DNA of 64,000 nucleotides from Alphaproteobacteria bacterium (GCA_016288295.1 JAEEYV010000052.1:8626-72625); one strand, 5' to 3'. Shown: positions 1 to 10,816, counted from the stretch's first letter. Notes: a model not told the origin generated them from the sequence alone. Program-made: numbers and translations.

Positions 1-776
1 AGCTTACTGAAGATTTAAATAATTTTCGCTTTTCCGATTCGGCAAACGGAGTTTACCAGTTTGTTTGGGGATCATTCTGCGATTGGTATATTGAGATGAC
101 CAAACCTATTTTTTACGGTTCGGAAGAGGCTCTTAAAAATGAAACCAGAGCAACATTTGCTTGGGTTTTGGAACGCATTTTAATAATGTTGCATCCATTT
201 ATGCCCTTCGTTACAGCTGAACTGTGGAACAATTCACACTCAAACGATCAGGATATCATTACTGCCCAATGGCCTGAGATTGAAAAAATCAATGCCGATG
301 ATGTTATGAGTATTGACTGGGCAATTGAGCTGATTACGGTCATTCGTTCATTAAGAGCTGAGATGAATTTGCCGGCCGGAGCCAAATTGACAGCTTACCT
401 TAAAGGTTGCAATAACCAATCAGTTGCAAATTTGCAACAATTTAATGACATTATTTGCTCACTTGCCCGCCTTGAAAAAGCAGAGGTTTATAGTGGCGAA
501 GTTACCCCTGATATGGTTCAAACCGTCTGCAGAGAAAGTTCAATTTTAATTCCGCTTAAAGGGGTTGTTGATTTTGCTGCTGAACGTGAACGTCTGCAAA
601 AAGAACTTGATGGCTTGAACAAAAATCTTGAAGGCTATGCCCGCAAGCTGAGCAATCCCTCATTTGTTGACAAAGCTCCGGCTGCGGTGGTTGAAGAAGA
701 ACGTCGCCGCCAAGCTGAAGCCATGGAAAACAAAGCAAAAGTAGAAGAAGCACTTGCCCGCATTGTCGGTTTATAA
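1..776 (+). CDS. valS: valyl-tRNA synthetase, C-terminal fragment (5' end lies outside the window)
   Basis: Frame 3 is open from base 3. The translation LTEDLNNFRFSDSANGVYQFVWGSFCDWYIEM... plus a C-terminal coiled coil (QKELDGLNKNLEGYARKLSNPSFVDKAP) is typical of ValRS. Confidence 0.9.
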   Translation, partial: LTEDLNNFRFSDSANGVYQFVWGSFCDWYIEMTKPIFYGSEEALKNETRATFAWVLERILIMLHPFMPFVTAELWNNSHSNDQDIITAQWPEIEKINADDVMSIDWAIELITVIRSLRAEMNLPAGAKLTAYLKGCNNQSVANLQQFNDIICSLARLEKAEVYSGEVTPDMVQTVCRESSILIPLKGVVDFAAERERLQKELDGLNKNLEGYARKLSNPSFVDKAPAAVVEEERRRQAEAMENKAKVEEALARIVGL

Positions 777-787
777 ATTGTCAGAAT

Positions 788-819
788 CATTCAGGCCTGC
801 CAAACGGCAGGCCTGAATG
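788..819. terminator. Bidirectional hairpin between the convergent valS and lipoprotein genes
   Basis: cattcaggcctgcc-aaac-ggcaggcctgaatg forms a perfect 14-bp stem. The flanking U-tracts are weak. Confidence 0.55.
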
Positions 820-823
820 ATAT

Positions 824-1180
824 TTACTGCGTATAAATGACATGTATGGGAATAGGCGAAATTTCTCCATATTTATCACGCTCCATTTTGTAGATAAGAG
901 TATCCCCCGGTTGCAATAGCGTGAATGATTTATCATAATCACGGTCTATCCATTCAAGTACACTATCATTGTCCAACAGGACAACGGTAGTACTGTAAAC
1001 ATCTTTATAGGTATTCACATATCGTCCAACCCGCTTAATGCAATTTTTCTTGGTCACAGACGCCCCCTCATCAGTTGGAGATTGTTGCTCCGTAGGTGCA
1101 GTATTTGTGCTTCCATCAACACATGCCGTGACCAATATCGCCATAATGGTAACAGCCAGAATCAATAATAATTTTTTCAT
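824..1180 (-). CDS. hypothetical lipoprotein
   Basis: 118-aa ORF. MKKLLLILAVTIMAILVTAC is a signal peptide plus lipobox. A TTGACA-17-TATGAT promoter lies on the minus strand near 1215-1250. Confidence 0.65.
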   Translation of the reverse strand: MKKLLLILAVTIMAILVTACVDGSTNTAPTEQQSPTDEGASVTKKNCIKRVGRYVNTYKDVYSTTVVLLDNDSVLEWIDRDYDKSFTLLQPGDTLIYKMERDKYGEISPIPIHVIYTQ

Positions 1181-1267
1181 TCTTATAAAAATAAAATGTC
1201 AACAATAATCAATTATCACAACAATCATACTATTAGAAGAAAATTTTGTCAACAAAATTATCACAAT

Positions 1268-1296
1268 AAAAGCCACCCGATTTCGAGTGGCTTTTT
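1268..1296 (-). terminator. Hairpin terminator downstream of the 690-aa ORF
   Basis: aaagccacccgatttcgagtggcttt forms a hairpin with T-runs on both strands. Confidence 0.5.
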
Positions 1297-1327
1297 GTTG
1301 CTAATATGTTTCAATCTCCTATAAAAT

Positions 1328-3400
1328 TTAATACGTTTTTCCTTTATTTGTACCAAGGTAACTAGGATTAGTTTTAGAACCACCGCGTCCTTTCCCGGTT
1401 TTATAACGATATCCCCTCCGTTCAGCCTCTTCTTTTGCTGCTGCAAAGTCGTATTTTGGAGTATCTTTTCTTGCGAGAAAAATCTGCGGCAAGTTATAGT
1501 CAACTAACTGATCGTTCAAGCCGGTAATCATGGTATTAGCTCGAGAGAACATAGCACTGATTGCTCCGGCTTCAGGATCATCTTTTGACCCGTTCTCATG
1601 ATTACGACGAGCAATATTCAGATATTCTTCTTCAAGATCTTGCGTTACCACAGATTCTTGTGTTTTGCACATAGCATCATATATGGTCAACAAAGATGCA
1701 GGGGGCATATCACGTACTTTTGTATCTAACTTCAATCCGGTGTCATTTGCAAAAACTCGTAATGCAGCTTTTTCTTCCTTGGTTAATTCTTTACAACCAG
1801 CGCTTAACAAGTGCTTTACATCCTTAGAAGCATTATTGCTAAACATTTCAAACAGCGAATTTACTGCCATTTTAGCACCGATTACTTTTACTGCTCCGTT
1901 TTCAAGATCGGTGCATTGTGGGTCACTCGGAGAACCGGCAGCCAAGCGTTTTTCATATGCACTACGCAATCCAAAGTCTTCCCATAAATCACGGAATGGA
2001 TGCAACTCATAAGCTCCTATTGCCCATCTTATACGACGGCAAGAAGGATTATTCTTATTTGCAGGATTGCGCCAATCAATCCCCTTTTCTGTCTGCAAAT
2101 AATTAGCCATCTGTAAGGCCAAATCTTTTTTATAAGCATACAGTTTAGGACCATTAGGATCGTTTTTACCACCTGCGGCATTAACCATCTTATCAAAACG
2201 TTCTTGATCAAGTTTATGATTTGTGGGCACAAGTAACTTTTTAGCACATGCTGTGCGCATAACCGCCTGGTTAGGATTAGTCATTGCCTTAAAATCAACA
2301 TACTTAATTCCTGCATCTTCAAATATACCTGCAATCAAATCAGCCTGGTCATCGGTCAGATTCTTTCCGGGAGGGCAAGTATAACAAACTTCCAACTTTC
2401 CATTGCGCATGCGGGTATAAACTTTGAACTCATAATTTACCCTAATTTTACCATGTTTGTCTCTGGTAACCGGTTTAATATTTTGATTGCGATCTTCACC
2501 CGGATAGATAGTATAAGTATCCCATCCGCCTAGCACGGTACTTCCCTTAAACCAGCTATACCTTCTACGCTTGTTTCTATCGCACCATCCTTCTACCGAC
2601 TTATTTGCGGCTTTAAGAACATTTTTGGGTGCAGTATCACTCTTGCTTTTATTATCGGAAAAACCATCATTGGTTGCAAACCCTTGAAAGCCAACACTAT
2701 TGCTATTAGCACTTTGCCTTAGTTGCTCAATATCTTCAGAAGGTATACCATCATCATTATCGTCAACTTTATGAGGGCTATCTTCGGATAATCCTTCTAC
2801 TGATTCTTCTTTATCAGCACCTTCCTCAAACATTTCTTGCGCTTCATCAAAACAAGCTTGTGTTTGTTCATCAGCATTCTTAATTTCTAAATTTTCATCA
2901 TTATAGACCAGACCATGTTGCTCCAAAAATGCTATTGTATCATGCATCTTTTGAGCATCCATTCCTTCAGTATCAAGGCAGACTTTTCCGTCAACAACTT
3001 CCAACTTCGTTCCGACAGATTTGAGATCAATTTCGAGTTTGAATGGTTCACTGTCGAGATTTAATTTTGTTTCAACAACATTTTTGTCTTCCTGATCAAT
3101 ACTATCCTTAAAAGATAGCAACGCAACTACCTGTTCCGGATTTTCATCCAGAGCCGTAAGAACTTGATAATATTTTTGGATTTCTAATGTACGCTTATTT
3201 TGTTCAAGCTCGAACTGTTTTTCTTTTCTGCTAGCATCTTCGGTCTGTTCGCCGACCTTAAGATCACCAACTCTCTGTTCATCAACAGCAGAATCTAGCT
3301 CCCTTTTGTTTATTTTATCTTCATAACTTTCACGCAACCCCTCAACGGTATATCCATCGTTTAGCGGTTCTAATTCAAAATAAGGTCTTTTTTCTGCCAT
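1328..3400 (-). CDS. large hypothetical protein (about 690 aa; acidic N-half, basic C-tail)
   Basis: Long ORF. The start was moved to ATG 3400 (MAEKRPYFELEP), which has GGAG about 8 nt upstream. No family was recognised. It lies directly downstream of lexA on the same strand. Confidence 0.75.
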   Translation of the reverse strand: MAEKRPYFELEPLNDGYTVEGLRESYEDKINKRELDSAVDEQRVGDLKVGEQTEDASRKEKQFELEQNKRTLEIQKYYQVLTALDENPEQVVALLSFKDSIDQEDKNVVETKLNLDSEPFKLEIDLKSVGTKLEVVDGKVCLDTEGMDAQKMHDTIAFLEQHGLVYNDENLEIKNADEQTQACFDEAQEMFEEGADKEESVEGLSEDSPHKVDDNDDGIPSEDIEQLRQSANSNSVGFQGFATNDGFSDNKSKSDTAPKNVLKAANKSVEGWCDRNKRRRYSWFKGSTVLGGWDTYTIYPGEDRNQNIKPVTRDKHGKIRVNYEFKVYTRMRNGKLEVCYTCPPGKNLTDDQADLIAGIFEDAGIKYVDFKAMTNPNQAVMRTACAKKLLVPTNHKLDQERFDKMVNAAGGKNDPNGPKLYAYKKDLALQMANYLQTEKGIDWRNPANKNNPSCRRIRWAIGAYELHPFRDLWEDFGLRSAYEKRLAAGSPSDPQCTDLENGAVKVIGAKMAVNSLFEMFSNNASKDVKHLLSAGCKELTKEEKAALRVFANDTGLKLDTKVRDMPPASLLTIYDAMCKTQESVVTQDLEEEYLNIARRNHENGSKDDPEAGAISAMFSRANTMITGLNDQLVDYNLPQIFLARKDTPKYDFAAAKEEAERRGYRYKTGKGRGGSKTNPSYLGTNKGKTY

Positions 3401-3479
3401 TTTAAATCTCCATCTGCTACTTTTGTTAACGCCATTATAGCGCATTTATACAAAAAATCAAGCATATTTTGACAAAATG

Positions 3480-4133
3480 CTAATATTTTCGAATAATTCC
3501 GTTCAAAATTCCTTGAATTTTTACTTGTGAAGGGTGAAGTTTGCGAATTTCATAGTCTTTATTGCAAGGTTTGAGCCAGATTTCGTTCTCTTTTTTCTGC
3601 CAGATTTTAAGAGTCGCTTCACTATTATCAACCAAAGCCACAACTATCTGCCCGTTTTCGGCCACATCAGCTCTTTTGATAATTGCCAAATCTCCATCCA
3701 TAATTCCGGCTTCAATCATCGATTCGCCTTCGATTCGCAAAGCATAAAAATCGCCTCTTGTAACCAAATCAAAAGGCACTGAAACCGTTTCATTTTCATA
3801 AGCAATGGCCTCAATTGGCGTTCCGGCAGCAATTTTGCCATACAATGGAATTTGGGCTGATGAATTTTGTAGAGCCAATTTTATCTTTTTTTCTTCTTCA
3901 ATTATATCACGGGGCTTAAAACGAGGGATTTTCAAAACTTCTAATGCCCGCGCTTTATGTGGAAGTTTACGAATAAATTCACGCTCGACCAATTCTTCAA
4001 TCAAGGCATGAATACCTGATTTAGATTTAATTCCGACAGCACCTTTCATCTCTTCAAATGAGGGGCAGCATCCGGTTTCTTTAATTGTATTGTCAATAAA
4101 CATCAAGAGTTTATATTGCTTTGGTGTCAACAT
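3480..4133 (-). CDS. lexA: LexA repressor (S24 peptidase)
   Basis: 217 aa. It has an N-terminal winged helix (LTPKQYKLLMFIDNTIKETGCCPSFEEM) and a C-terminal S24 domain (RIEGESMIEAGIMDGDLAII, VVALVDNSEATLK). Confidence 0.95.
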   Translation of the reverse strand: MLTPKQYKLLMFIDNTIKETGCCPSFEEMKGAVGIKSKSGIHALIEELVEREFIRKLPHKARALEVLKIPRFKPRDIIEEEKKIKLALQNSSAQIPLYGKIAAGTPIEAIAYENETVSVPFDLVTRGDFYALRIEGESMIEAGIMDGDLAIIKRADVAENGQIVVALVDNSEATLKIWQKKENEIWLKPCNKDYEIRKLHPSQVKIQGILNGIIRKY

Positions 4134-4161
4134 GGCATTTTCTCCTTTAATCTATACAAAT

Positions 4162-4176
4162 GTTCTACTTTAGTTC
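4162..4176. promoter_or_regulatory. Alphaproteobacterial-type SOS box (GTTC-N7-GTTC)
   Basis: GTTCTACTTTAGTTC lies 29 nt upstream of the lexA start, in the lexA/lysS divergent spacer. Confidence 0.7.
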
Positions 4177-4278
4177 TTTTTGAACGTCAAGCGTTATTTT
4201 CGGTTGCAAGTTTTTAGATACTTGTATATATTAATCCGCAGTTTTATTGATAATTTTAGCAGAATAGGAACTACAATC

Positions 4279-5748
4279 ATGGCAAATGAAACCAATATTC
4301 ATAGAGAATCAAGACTTGCAAAGCTCAATGCTCTGCAGGAAAAAGGTTACAATCCTTATCCTTATTGCTTTAAACCCAATGCTTTTGCCGATGATTTACA
4401 AAAAAAATATGCGGACCTTGCCGCCGGTGTTGATACCGAGGATCGCGTTACAGTTGCCGGTCGTGCCATGGCTGTCCGCAACAGCGGTATGTTTATTGAC
4501 CTAAAAGACATTAGTGGCAAAATCCAAATTTTCTGCCATAAATCTCATCTTGATGAGACTGGTCTTGAACTCTTAAAAAGCCTTGATGTTGGTGATTTGG
4601 TCGGTGTCAGCGGTTTGGTTCGTCGCACCCCGCGCGGTGAGCTTTCGATTGCTGCCGAAAAATTTGATATTATCGGCAAATCCCTCCAACCCCTACCTGA
4701 AAAGTTTCATGGTCTGACTGATGTTGAAGCCCGTTATCGTCAACGTTATGTTGATTTTATCATGAACGATGACAGCCGTGAAATCTTCAAAAAACGTTGC
4801 CAAATTACCTCTGCAGTTCGCCACTATTTTGAGCAGCATAAATTTATGGAAGTTGAAACTCCGATGCTTCAAACCATTATGGGCGGTGCCAATGCCAAAC
4901 CATTTATTACCCACCATAATACGTTAGATATGGATTTGTACCTTCGTATTGCGCCGGAATTATTCCTCAAGCGTTTAGTAGTTGGAGGTTTTGATCGCGT
5001 GTTTGAAATCGGTCGCAACTTCCGCAATGAAGGCATTGATAAAAAACATAATCCTGAATTTACAGCATTGGAAGCTTATCAGGCTTACGCCGATTATAAT
5101 GATATGGCAGAGCTTATTCCTGACTTATTGCGCTTTGTCTGCAAAGAAGTCAACGGCACCGAAGTTATTACTGTCAATGGTACAGAAATTGATTTATCCA
5201 AGCCGTTTAAGCGTAAATCAATTGTTGAACTTGTTAACGAATATGCCGGTATTGACCTTATGAAAGCCGAAACAGTTGAAGCCGCCCGCGATATGGCCAA
5301 ATCTATAGGTGTTGATGCTTCTGATTGCAGCAATTGGGGCAAGGTTGTACAATTAGTATTTGATGAAAAAGTCGAACCCCACCTTATTCAGCCGATTTTG
5401 GTTATGGATATGCCTCGTGATGTATCGCCTTTGGCCAAAGTTCACCGTTCTAATCCGCGTTTGGTTGAGCACTTTGATGCTTATGTCGGCGGCATGGAAA
5501 TTGGTTGTGCTTATTCCGAGCTATCCAACCCGTTAGATCAAAAAGCACGTTTTGATGCCCAGTGTGCCGAACGCGAAGCCGGCGATGATGAAGCCCAAAT
5601 GCTTGATGAAGATTATGTCGTAGCTCTTGAAAATGCTCTTCCTCCGACCGGCGGTATGGGTATGGGTATTGATCGTCTAGCTATTTTGCTAACTGGTGCT
5701 GAAACCATTCGTGATGTAATAGCTTTTCCAACTCTGCGCAACAAGTAG
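4279..5748 (+). CDS. lysS: lysyl-tRNA synthetase, class II
   Basis: Start moved to ATG 4279 ([29 protein letters not shown]). Class II motifs are present ([25 protein letters not shown]). Confidence 0.95.
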   Translation: MANETNIHRESRLAKLNALQEKGYNPYPYCFKPNAFADDLQKKYADLAAGVDTEDRVTVAGRAMAVRNSGMFIDLKDISGKIQIFCHKSHLDETGLELLKSLDVGDLVGVSGLVRRTPRGELSIAAEKFDIIGKSLQPLPEKFHGLTDVEARYRQRYVDFIMNDDSREIFKKRCQITSAVRHYFEQHKFMEVETPMLQTIMGGANAKPFITHHNTLDMDLYLRIAPELFLKRLVVGGFDRVFEIGRNFRNEGIDKKHNPEFTALEAYQAYADYNDMAELIPDLLRFVCKEVNGTEVITVNGTEIDLSKPFKRKSIVELVNEYAGIDLMKAETVEAARDMAKSIGVDASDCSNWGKVVQLVFDEKVEPHLIQPILVMDMPRDVSPLAKVHRSNPRLVEHFDAYVGGMEIGCAYSELSNPLDQKARFDAQCAEREAGDDEAQMLDEDYVVALENALPPTGGMGMGIDRLAILLTGAETIRDVIAFPTLRNK

Positions 5749-5766
5749 ATTATAGAGGTTTTAGCT

Positions 5767-6885
5767 TTGCCGAAAAAAACTGGCTATCACAAAATTCAAA
5801 AACCGTCAAAGGTAAGAAAAAATACTCATCAAGTTGAACGGCAATTACAATTGCCGTTTCAACCGCTTTTTATGCGTATTAAAAACACAGACAACCGAGA
5901 TAAAACCAAGAGGTACGGTAATATTGCAATAAAGATACTGGCAGTATCAGTGCTTATCATTGCGACATTATTAATCTCCTCTGCCTACCATCGTTCGATT
6001 TTTGAAAACGCATCATCAAATCTATCGCTAAAATATAAGGAGGTTAATCCTTCTTCAATAGATGACATTATAGAAGCCCTTGAAATTGAAGAGCAAAATC
6101 TTTTTCAGGATGATAAGTCAACCTCAATTAATGATGAACTTTATGATTTATATGAAGAAGATTTACCTGAAGACAATCATGTTTCTGAAGATAAAACGGT
6201 TCATAAGCCTCAAAACACCTCTCCTTTAATCACGATTGTTATTGATGATATGGGTATCAATGTTAAACGCACCAAGGAAATCAGTAGTTTACAATATCCG
6301 ATAACAGCTTCATTTTTGACTTATGCCAATAATCTCAAAAGTCAAATTGCAGTCTCAAAAGCCAATGGCCAGGAAATTATGGCTCATTTGCCTATGGAGC
6401 CGCAAGTAATGCAAAACTTTACCTCAAAAATGCTGACCACAACAATGAGCGATACAGAAGTCAAACAAACCTTGAAAGAGATGCTTGACCTGTTTTCAAA
6501 TATTGTAGCAGTCAACAATCACATGGGCAGTAAGTTCACTGAAGACAAACATCGTATGTCCATAGTTATGGAAGAGCTAGCTGAGCGTAATTTAATATTT
6601 TTAGACTCCAAAACCACATCTCATTCTGCTAGTGCAGAAGAGGCTGCTCACTTTGGTGTCAAGCTTGTCGAACGCAATGTGTTTTTAGATAACAAGGATG
6701 ATTTTAACTATATTATGGGGCAACTTCGCCAAACAGAAGAAATTGCTCGTACTCGCGGTCATGCTATTGCAATCGGACATCCGAAGGAGCAGACGTATTT
6801 GACGCTCAAAGCCTGGCTTCCGACCCTGAAAGAAAAAGGTATTCGACTTGTGCCTCTGAGCAAGATGGTTAAGCTTATTCAATAA
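5767..6885 (+). CDS. divergent polysaccharide deacetylase family protein (YibQ-like), membrane anchored
   Basis: A TM helix is followed by ITIVIDDMG, NNHMGSKFT and FLDSKTT motifs. The start is uncertain (TTG 5767 or ATG 5872). Confidence 0.75.
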   Translation: MPKKTGYHKIQKPSKVRKNTHQVERQLQLPFQPLFMRIKNTDNRDKTKRYGNIAIKILAVSVLIIATLLISSAYHRSIFENASSNLSLKYKEVNPSSIDDIIEALEIEEQNLFQDDKSTSINDELYDLYEEDLPEDNHVSEDKTVHKPQNTSPLITIVIDDMGINVKRTKEISSLQYPITASFLTYANNLKSQIAVSKANGQEIMAHLPMEPQVMQNFTSKMLTTTMSDTEVKQTLKEMLDLFSNIVAVNNHMGSKFTEDKHRMSIVMEELAERNLIFLDSKTTSHSASAEEAAHFGVKLVERNVFLDNKDDFNYIMGQLRQTEEIARTRGHAIAIGHPKEQTYLTLKAWLPTLKEKGIRLVPLSKMVKLIQ

Positions 6886-6920
6886 TAACTTTAATATTTT
6901 ATATTGTTACGGAAAAGACA

Positions 6921-8237
6921 ATGAAATTAAGTACCAATCAATCACAAAGACCAGTAACAACAGCAATCAGTCAGAATGGAAATCTGATGATCGGCGGTTG
7001 TGATACGGTAGAATTGGCAAAAAAGTATTCAACACCGCTTTATGTTCTTGATGAAGCCACGATTCGCTCAACAATTGCTGACTATAAATCCGCATTTTCA
7101 TCATATCCTGACACAAATATTATGTATGCCTCAAAGGCTCTATGTACTAAAGCTGTTGCCACACTTTTGGACAGTGAAGGGTTGGGTTTTGATACTGTTT
7201 CTGCCGGTGAGTTTTACACATTTTATAAATCCGGTGTTAATATGGCAAAAGTGCTGTTTAACGGCAACAACAAGACAGCGGAAGAACTTGAACTTGCACT
7301 TGATCTTGGTGTCGGACGTATCTCTGTTGACAATTTTTACGAGCTGTCATTACTTAACACTATTGCCGAGCATAAAGGGAGAGTTGCCGATATTCTGCTT
7401 AGAGTAACTCCCGGTATTGAATGTCACACACATGAATATATTCAGACCGGGCATCTTGACTCAAAATTCGGTTTTGATTTAACACAAATTGACAGCGCCA
7501 TAGAACTTATATTGCAAAAATATAATCATTTAAAAATTCATGGACTTCATGCCCATATCGGCTCACAAATTTTTGAGACCAGCATTTACCCTGATGAAAT
7601 AGAAATATTGTGCTTTGAAATTTCCCGCATAGCCAAAAAATTCGGCTTAAGACTCAATGAAATAAATATGGGCGGTGGTTTTGGCGTAAAATATGTTGAT
7701 ACCGATGTTCCCCCCTCAATCTATGAAATCGGCAAACTTGTTACAGACAAATTAAAACAATGTATAGAAAAATACAATATTCCGCCGCCGACATTGTTTT
7801 TAGAACCCGGAAGGAGCATAATCTCTCCGGCAGGCGTAACATTGTATACAATCGGCAGTTCCAAACAGGTGCCGCATGGCAGAAAATTTGTTTCGGTAGA
7901 CGGAGGCATGGCTGATAACCCTCGTCCATCTTTATATCATGCGCAATATTCTGCCCAAATAGCCAATAAAAAATCATCATCAAAAACCGAGACGATTACC
8001 ATTTGCGGAAGATATTGCGAGTCAGGAGATGTACTGATTAAAGAAATAGAACTTCCAAAAACTGAGGCCGGCGACATTCTATGCGTTTATAACACCGGTG
8101 CATACAATTATTCCATGGCTTCAAATTATAACCGAGTTCCCAGACCGGCTATGGTTTTGGTAAAGGACGGTCATTCCGACTTAATAATCAAGCGAGAGAC
8201 TTGGGAAGACTTAATAAAAAACGATATAGTGCCTTAA
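6921..8237 (+). CDS. lysA: diaminopimelate decarboxylase
   Basis: 438 aa with YASKA (PLP Lys), HAHIGSQ, GGGFG, EPGRS and CESGD motifs. Confidence 0.95.
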   Translation: MKLSTNQSQRPVTTAISQNGNLMIGGCDTVELAKKYSTPLYVLDEATIRSTIADYKSAFSSYPDTNIMYASKALCTKAVATLLDSEGLGFDTVSAGEFYTFYKSGVNMAKVLFNGNNKTAEELELALDLGVGRISVDNFYELSLLNTIAEHKGRVADILLRVTPGIECHTHEYIQTGHLDSKFGFDLTQIDSAIELILQKYNHLKIHGLHAHIGSQIFETSIYPDEIEILCFEISRIAKKFGLRLNEINMGGGFGVKYVDTDVPPSIYEIGKLVTDKLKQCIEKYNIPPPTLFLEPGRSIISPAGVTLYTIGSSKQVPHGRKFVSVDGGMADNPRPSLYHAQYSAQIANKKSSSKTETITICGRYCESGDVLIKEIELPKTEAGDILCVYNTGAYNYSMASNYNRVPRPAMVLVKDGHSDLIIKRETWEDLIKNDIVP

Positions 8238-8287
8238 CAAACAACAATCCGCCGCTTCTGCAAGCGACGGATTTATGTTTGCTACGT

Positions 8288-8875
8288 TCAGAGATCATCT
8301 GCAGGCTCTATCTTGTGCTGCCTGTTGAATATTCGTTCAAACTCTTTGGCACCTTCCTCATCAGGCACAACCACGGTCATGGCTAACGGGGGAGCCTCCT
8401 TGCTCTGAAGCTTCAGTAAAACCGCTACCAGACATTTAGCCGATTCGGCATGAGATAAGCAACCATATTTATCACTGGTAGCGAGTGCCGGCACAACAAC
8501 ATCCTTGATTTTCTGTGCATTTGCACAGACAACAATGTTTGCCCATGCGCGCCTCACCAAAGACTCGCGTTCCTTCAGAGGCAATTCTTTATCAACGCCA
8601 AGGATCGTCGAGTTAATAATCCTTTTGCCATAAATAGTCTTGCTGACGCAGGCGTGTCCATAGGGGAGCTCTCCGCCGTTTTGGTCAAGTTCATCTTCGT
8701 AATCAAGAACCCCTTCGGCAAAAGGAGAATGTCGCAAATAGCTTGTTTGCTCGACAGCCTCGAATCGGTCAGAAAACCGTTCTGCAACAAAAGCGGACGC
8801 ATCAAACTTTAATAAGTTGTTACCCACAGCAATGGTTACTTCGTAACCACCTAAGTAATAAGTTACAGTACGCAT
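8288..8875 (-). CDS. hypothetical protein (195 aa)
   Basis: The ORF was trimmed to ATG 8875 (MRTVTYY) because the upstream codons overlap a TTGACA-17-TATATT promoter. VVVPALATSDKYGCLSHAESA is faintly macro-domain-like but this is unverified. Confidence 0.55.
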   Translation of the reverse strand: MRTVTYYLGGYEVTIAVGNNLLKFDASAFVAERFSDRFEAVEQTSYLRHSPFAEGVLDYEDELDQNGGELPYGHACVSKTIYGKRIINSTILGVDKELPLKERESLVRRAWANIVVCANAQKIKDVVVPALATSDKYGCLSHAESAKCLVAVLLKLQSKEAPPLAMTVVVPDEEGAKEFERIFNRQHKIEPADDL

Positions 8876-9099
8876 AATAATAAAGTTTAAAAATTTAAGA
8901 ACTGTCCCGAATATATCATCGTTCCTTTCATGTGTCAACATTTTTGTCAACAAAGGGTAATATTTTGCAATTTTTTGATTTTTTTTTACGATTTTTGTTG
9001 TTTTTTAGACGAAAACGTGTTACAATGCACATAACAAATGGAAAATATTGCAAAAATACAATAGACTAGTTAAGATTAAGACAATTGAGGGAGGTAGTT

Positions 9100-9984
9100 A
9101 TGACAACAAAAAAAACAGCAATAAAGAAAGCACGCATCTTGCATAAGATTCTTGATGGAAAAAAAGTGGCTGGACGTACAATGAGAAATGGATTGATTAA
9201 AATATTTGCTGTTGCCACCATAGCTACATCAATTGCTCCGGCTGCCAATGCTCAAAGTCGTGGAAATTCCAATCAAGGAAAAAGATATGAGTATGTGCAA
9301 CAACCGGATGGTTCTTTTCAAATGGTAGAAGTTACCAATAACCGTCAAGCTACAACCCAACAAAGCTACAGCAAAGCCTCATCCGGACAACAATCTGTCT
9401 ATGATATTTATAATAGTCTTCCTTCCTATACACGTGCCTTAATTCAAGAAAGAGGATATCAAATTTTGCCTGAATTTCAAGGGGGAAGAACCACCGGTCT
9501 TAATCGCCCTCAATCCGGTGTTGTCTATGCTTGTGCTGTACAAGATCCGTCTAACATAGATAATGTGCTCTTTCTACCGATATCCCAAGCTATTTATCCA
9601 GCCGGCAACAGAGATTTTGTAAATCTTCGTGTCCTCAGATCTTCAAAAGAGAATGCTTATAACATGATGGATCTCGGTTCAGGTCCATATGAAGCAAGAG
9701 TAGAATATGCCCAAACTCGTGAGAATGCTCAAAGAGAAAGATATAATGAACAGAGATCCAGACAGGATGATATTTATATGGATCAGAGAGATGTAAGACA
9801 AGACCGAGAGGAAACACATGTTAAAATCCAAAAAGATACTGGGTACGGCAAAGCTAATGGAGTTATGGATGGGATTGATGACGTAGATAGAACGATCAAT
9901 AGAGGAGTTCGAACAGTTGAGAATGGTGTAAATACTGTTAAAAGAAGCGTAAAAACTGTCAAACGTATATTTGGTCGTGATTAA
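9100..9984 (+). CDS. hypothetical secreted protein
   Basis: ATG 9100 is preceded by GAGGGAGG. The signal peptide ends APAANA|Q. The C-terminus carries short (R/K)xV(K/R)TV repeats. Confidence 0.65.
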   Translation: MTTKKTAIKKARILHKILDGKKVAGRTMRNGLIKIFAVATIATSIAPAANAQSRGNSNQGKRYEYVQQPDGSFQMVEVTNNRQATTQQSYSKASSGQQSVYDIYNSLPSYTRALIQERGYQILPEFQGGRTTGLNRPQSGVVYACAVQDPSNIDNVLFLPISQAIYPAGNRDFVNLRVLRSSKENAYNMMDLGSGPYEARVEYAQTRENAQRERYNEQRSRQDDIYMDQRDVRQDREETHVKIQKDTGYGKANGVMDGIDDVDRTINRGVRTVENGVNTVKRSVKTVKRIFGRD

Positions 9985-10152
9985 TACAGCCATATTTCAA
10001 ACCCTCAAAATACCGGCTTAAATACAGCCGGTATTTTTAGTTATGTCTCATTTATATTTTTGTCGAACCAAAACAAAATACTTGCAAATTTGTTTATATT
10101 GTGCTAACTTCCCCACCAATTAACATTATTAACCAATTATTCGTTTTGTTTT

Positions 10153-10464
10153 ATGAAAGTAAGATTATATCGAGTAGCACCGCCAACGATTCACATAATC
10201 AATGGACAAGCGGTGACAGTAGTAACCTTTGTCGCAAAAGAAGACAGGCATAATGCCAAACCACAGCAATTTTATGTCGTCTCCAGCCCAAACAATCTTC
10301 AGACGAATCGAGCATTTTCACACCTTTTGTTTGCAGAGTCTAATGATGAACTCGAAATAAGGACGAGTATATCTACCAGTGATTTAGGAGGTACTTCTTT
10401 GCCGGGATTTGGTGTTAGAGTTTTTGAGGTCGAGAACATCTCCTCTCCCGTCTACAATACCTAA
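10153..10464 (+). CDS. hypothetical small protein (paralog A)
   Basis: 103-aa ORF. It shares VT(V/M)VT..........(K/R)P..FY..V and (H/Y)LL.A segments with the next ORF. Confidence 0.45.
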   Translation: MKVRLYRVAPPTIHIINGQAVTVVTFVAKEDRHNAKPQQFYVVSSPNNLQTNRAFSHLLFAESNDELEIRTSISTSDLGGTSLPGFGVRVFEVENISSPVYNT

Positions 10465-10500
10465 CCGGTAGGTTTTACACCATCTAGCTTGTTAGTTTTT

Positions 10501-10779
10501 ATGGAACTCAAAAATGTCTACGTAACCGACCAGGCACAGACAATTAATCTACCGGTTGGCGAGAAAACAGTTACTATGGTGACCATCATGCTTCAACCAG
10601 AAGGTGATAAAAGGCCTAGGCCATTCTACGCCATTGTTGAACAATATGAACCGGAAAGAAAGCAGCCAGCTGTTTACTTGCTTCATGCGTTACGTGGTCA
10701 TCGTCTCAATTTTAAGGTTGACGAAGAGAATCCGTATCCCATGTTTGGTGATAAAATAGCTGATTTTCTGGATGAATAA
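10501..10779 (+). CDS. hypothetical small protein (paralog B)
   Basis: 92 aa from ATG 10501. Distant similarity to the preceding ORF. Confidence 0.45.
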   Translation: MELKNVYVTDQAQTINLPVGEKTVTMVTIMLQPEGDKRPRPFYAIVEQYEPERKQPAVYLLHALRGHRLNFKVDEENPYPMFGDKIADFLDE

Positions 10780-10816
10780 AGTCCATATCCGCCTCTTGCC
10801 GACTGCTACAAGTTTC

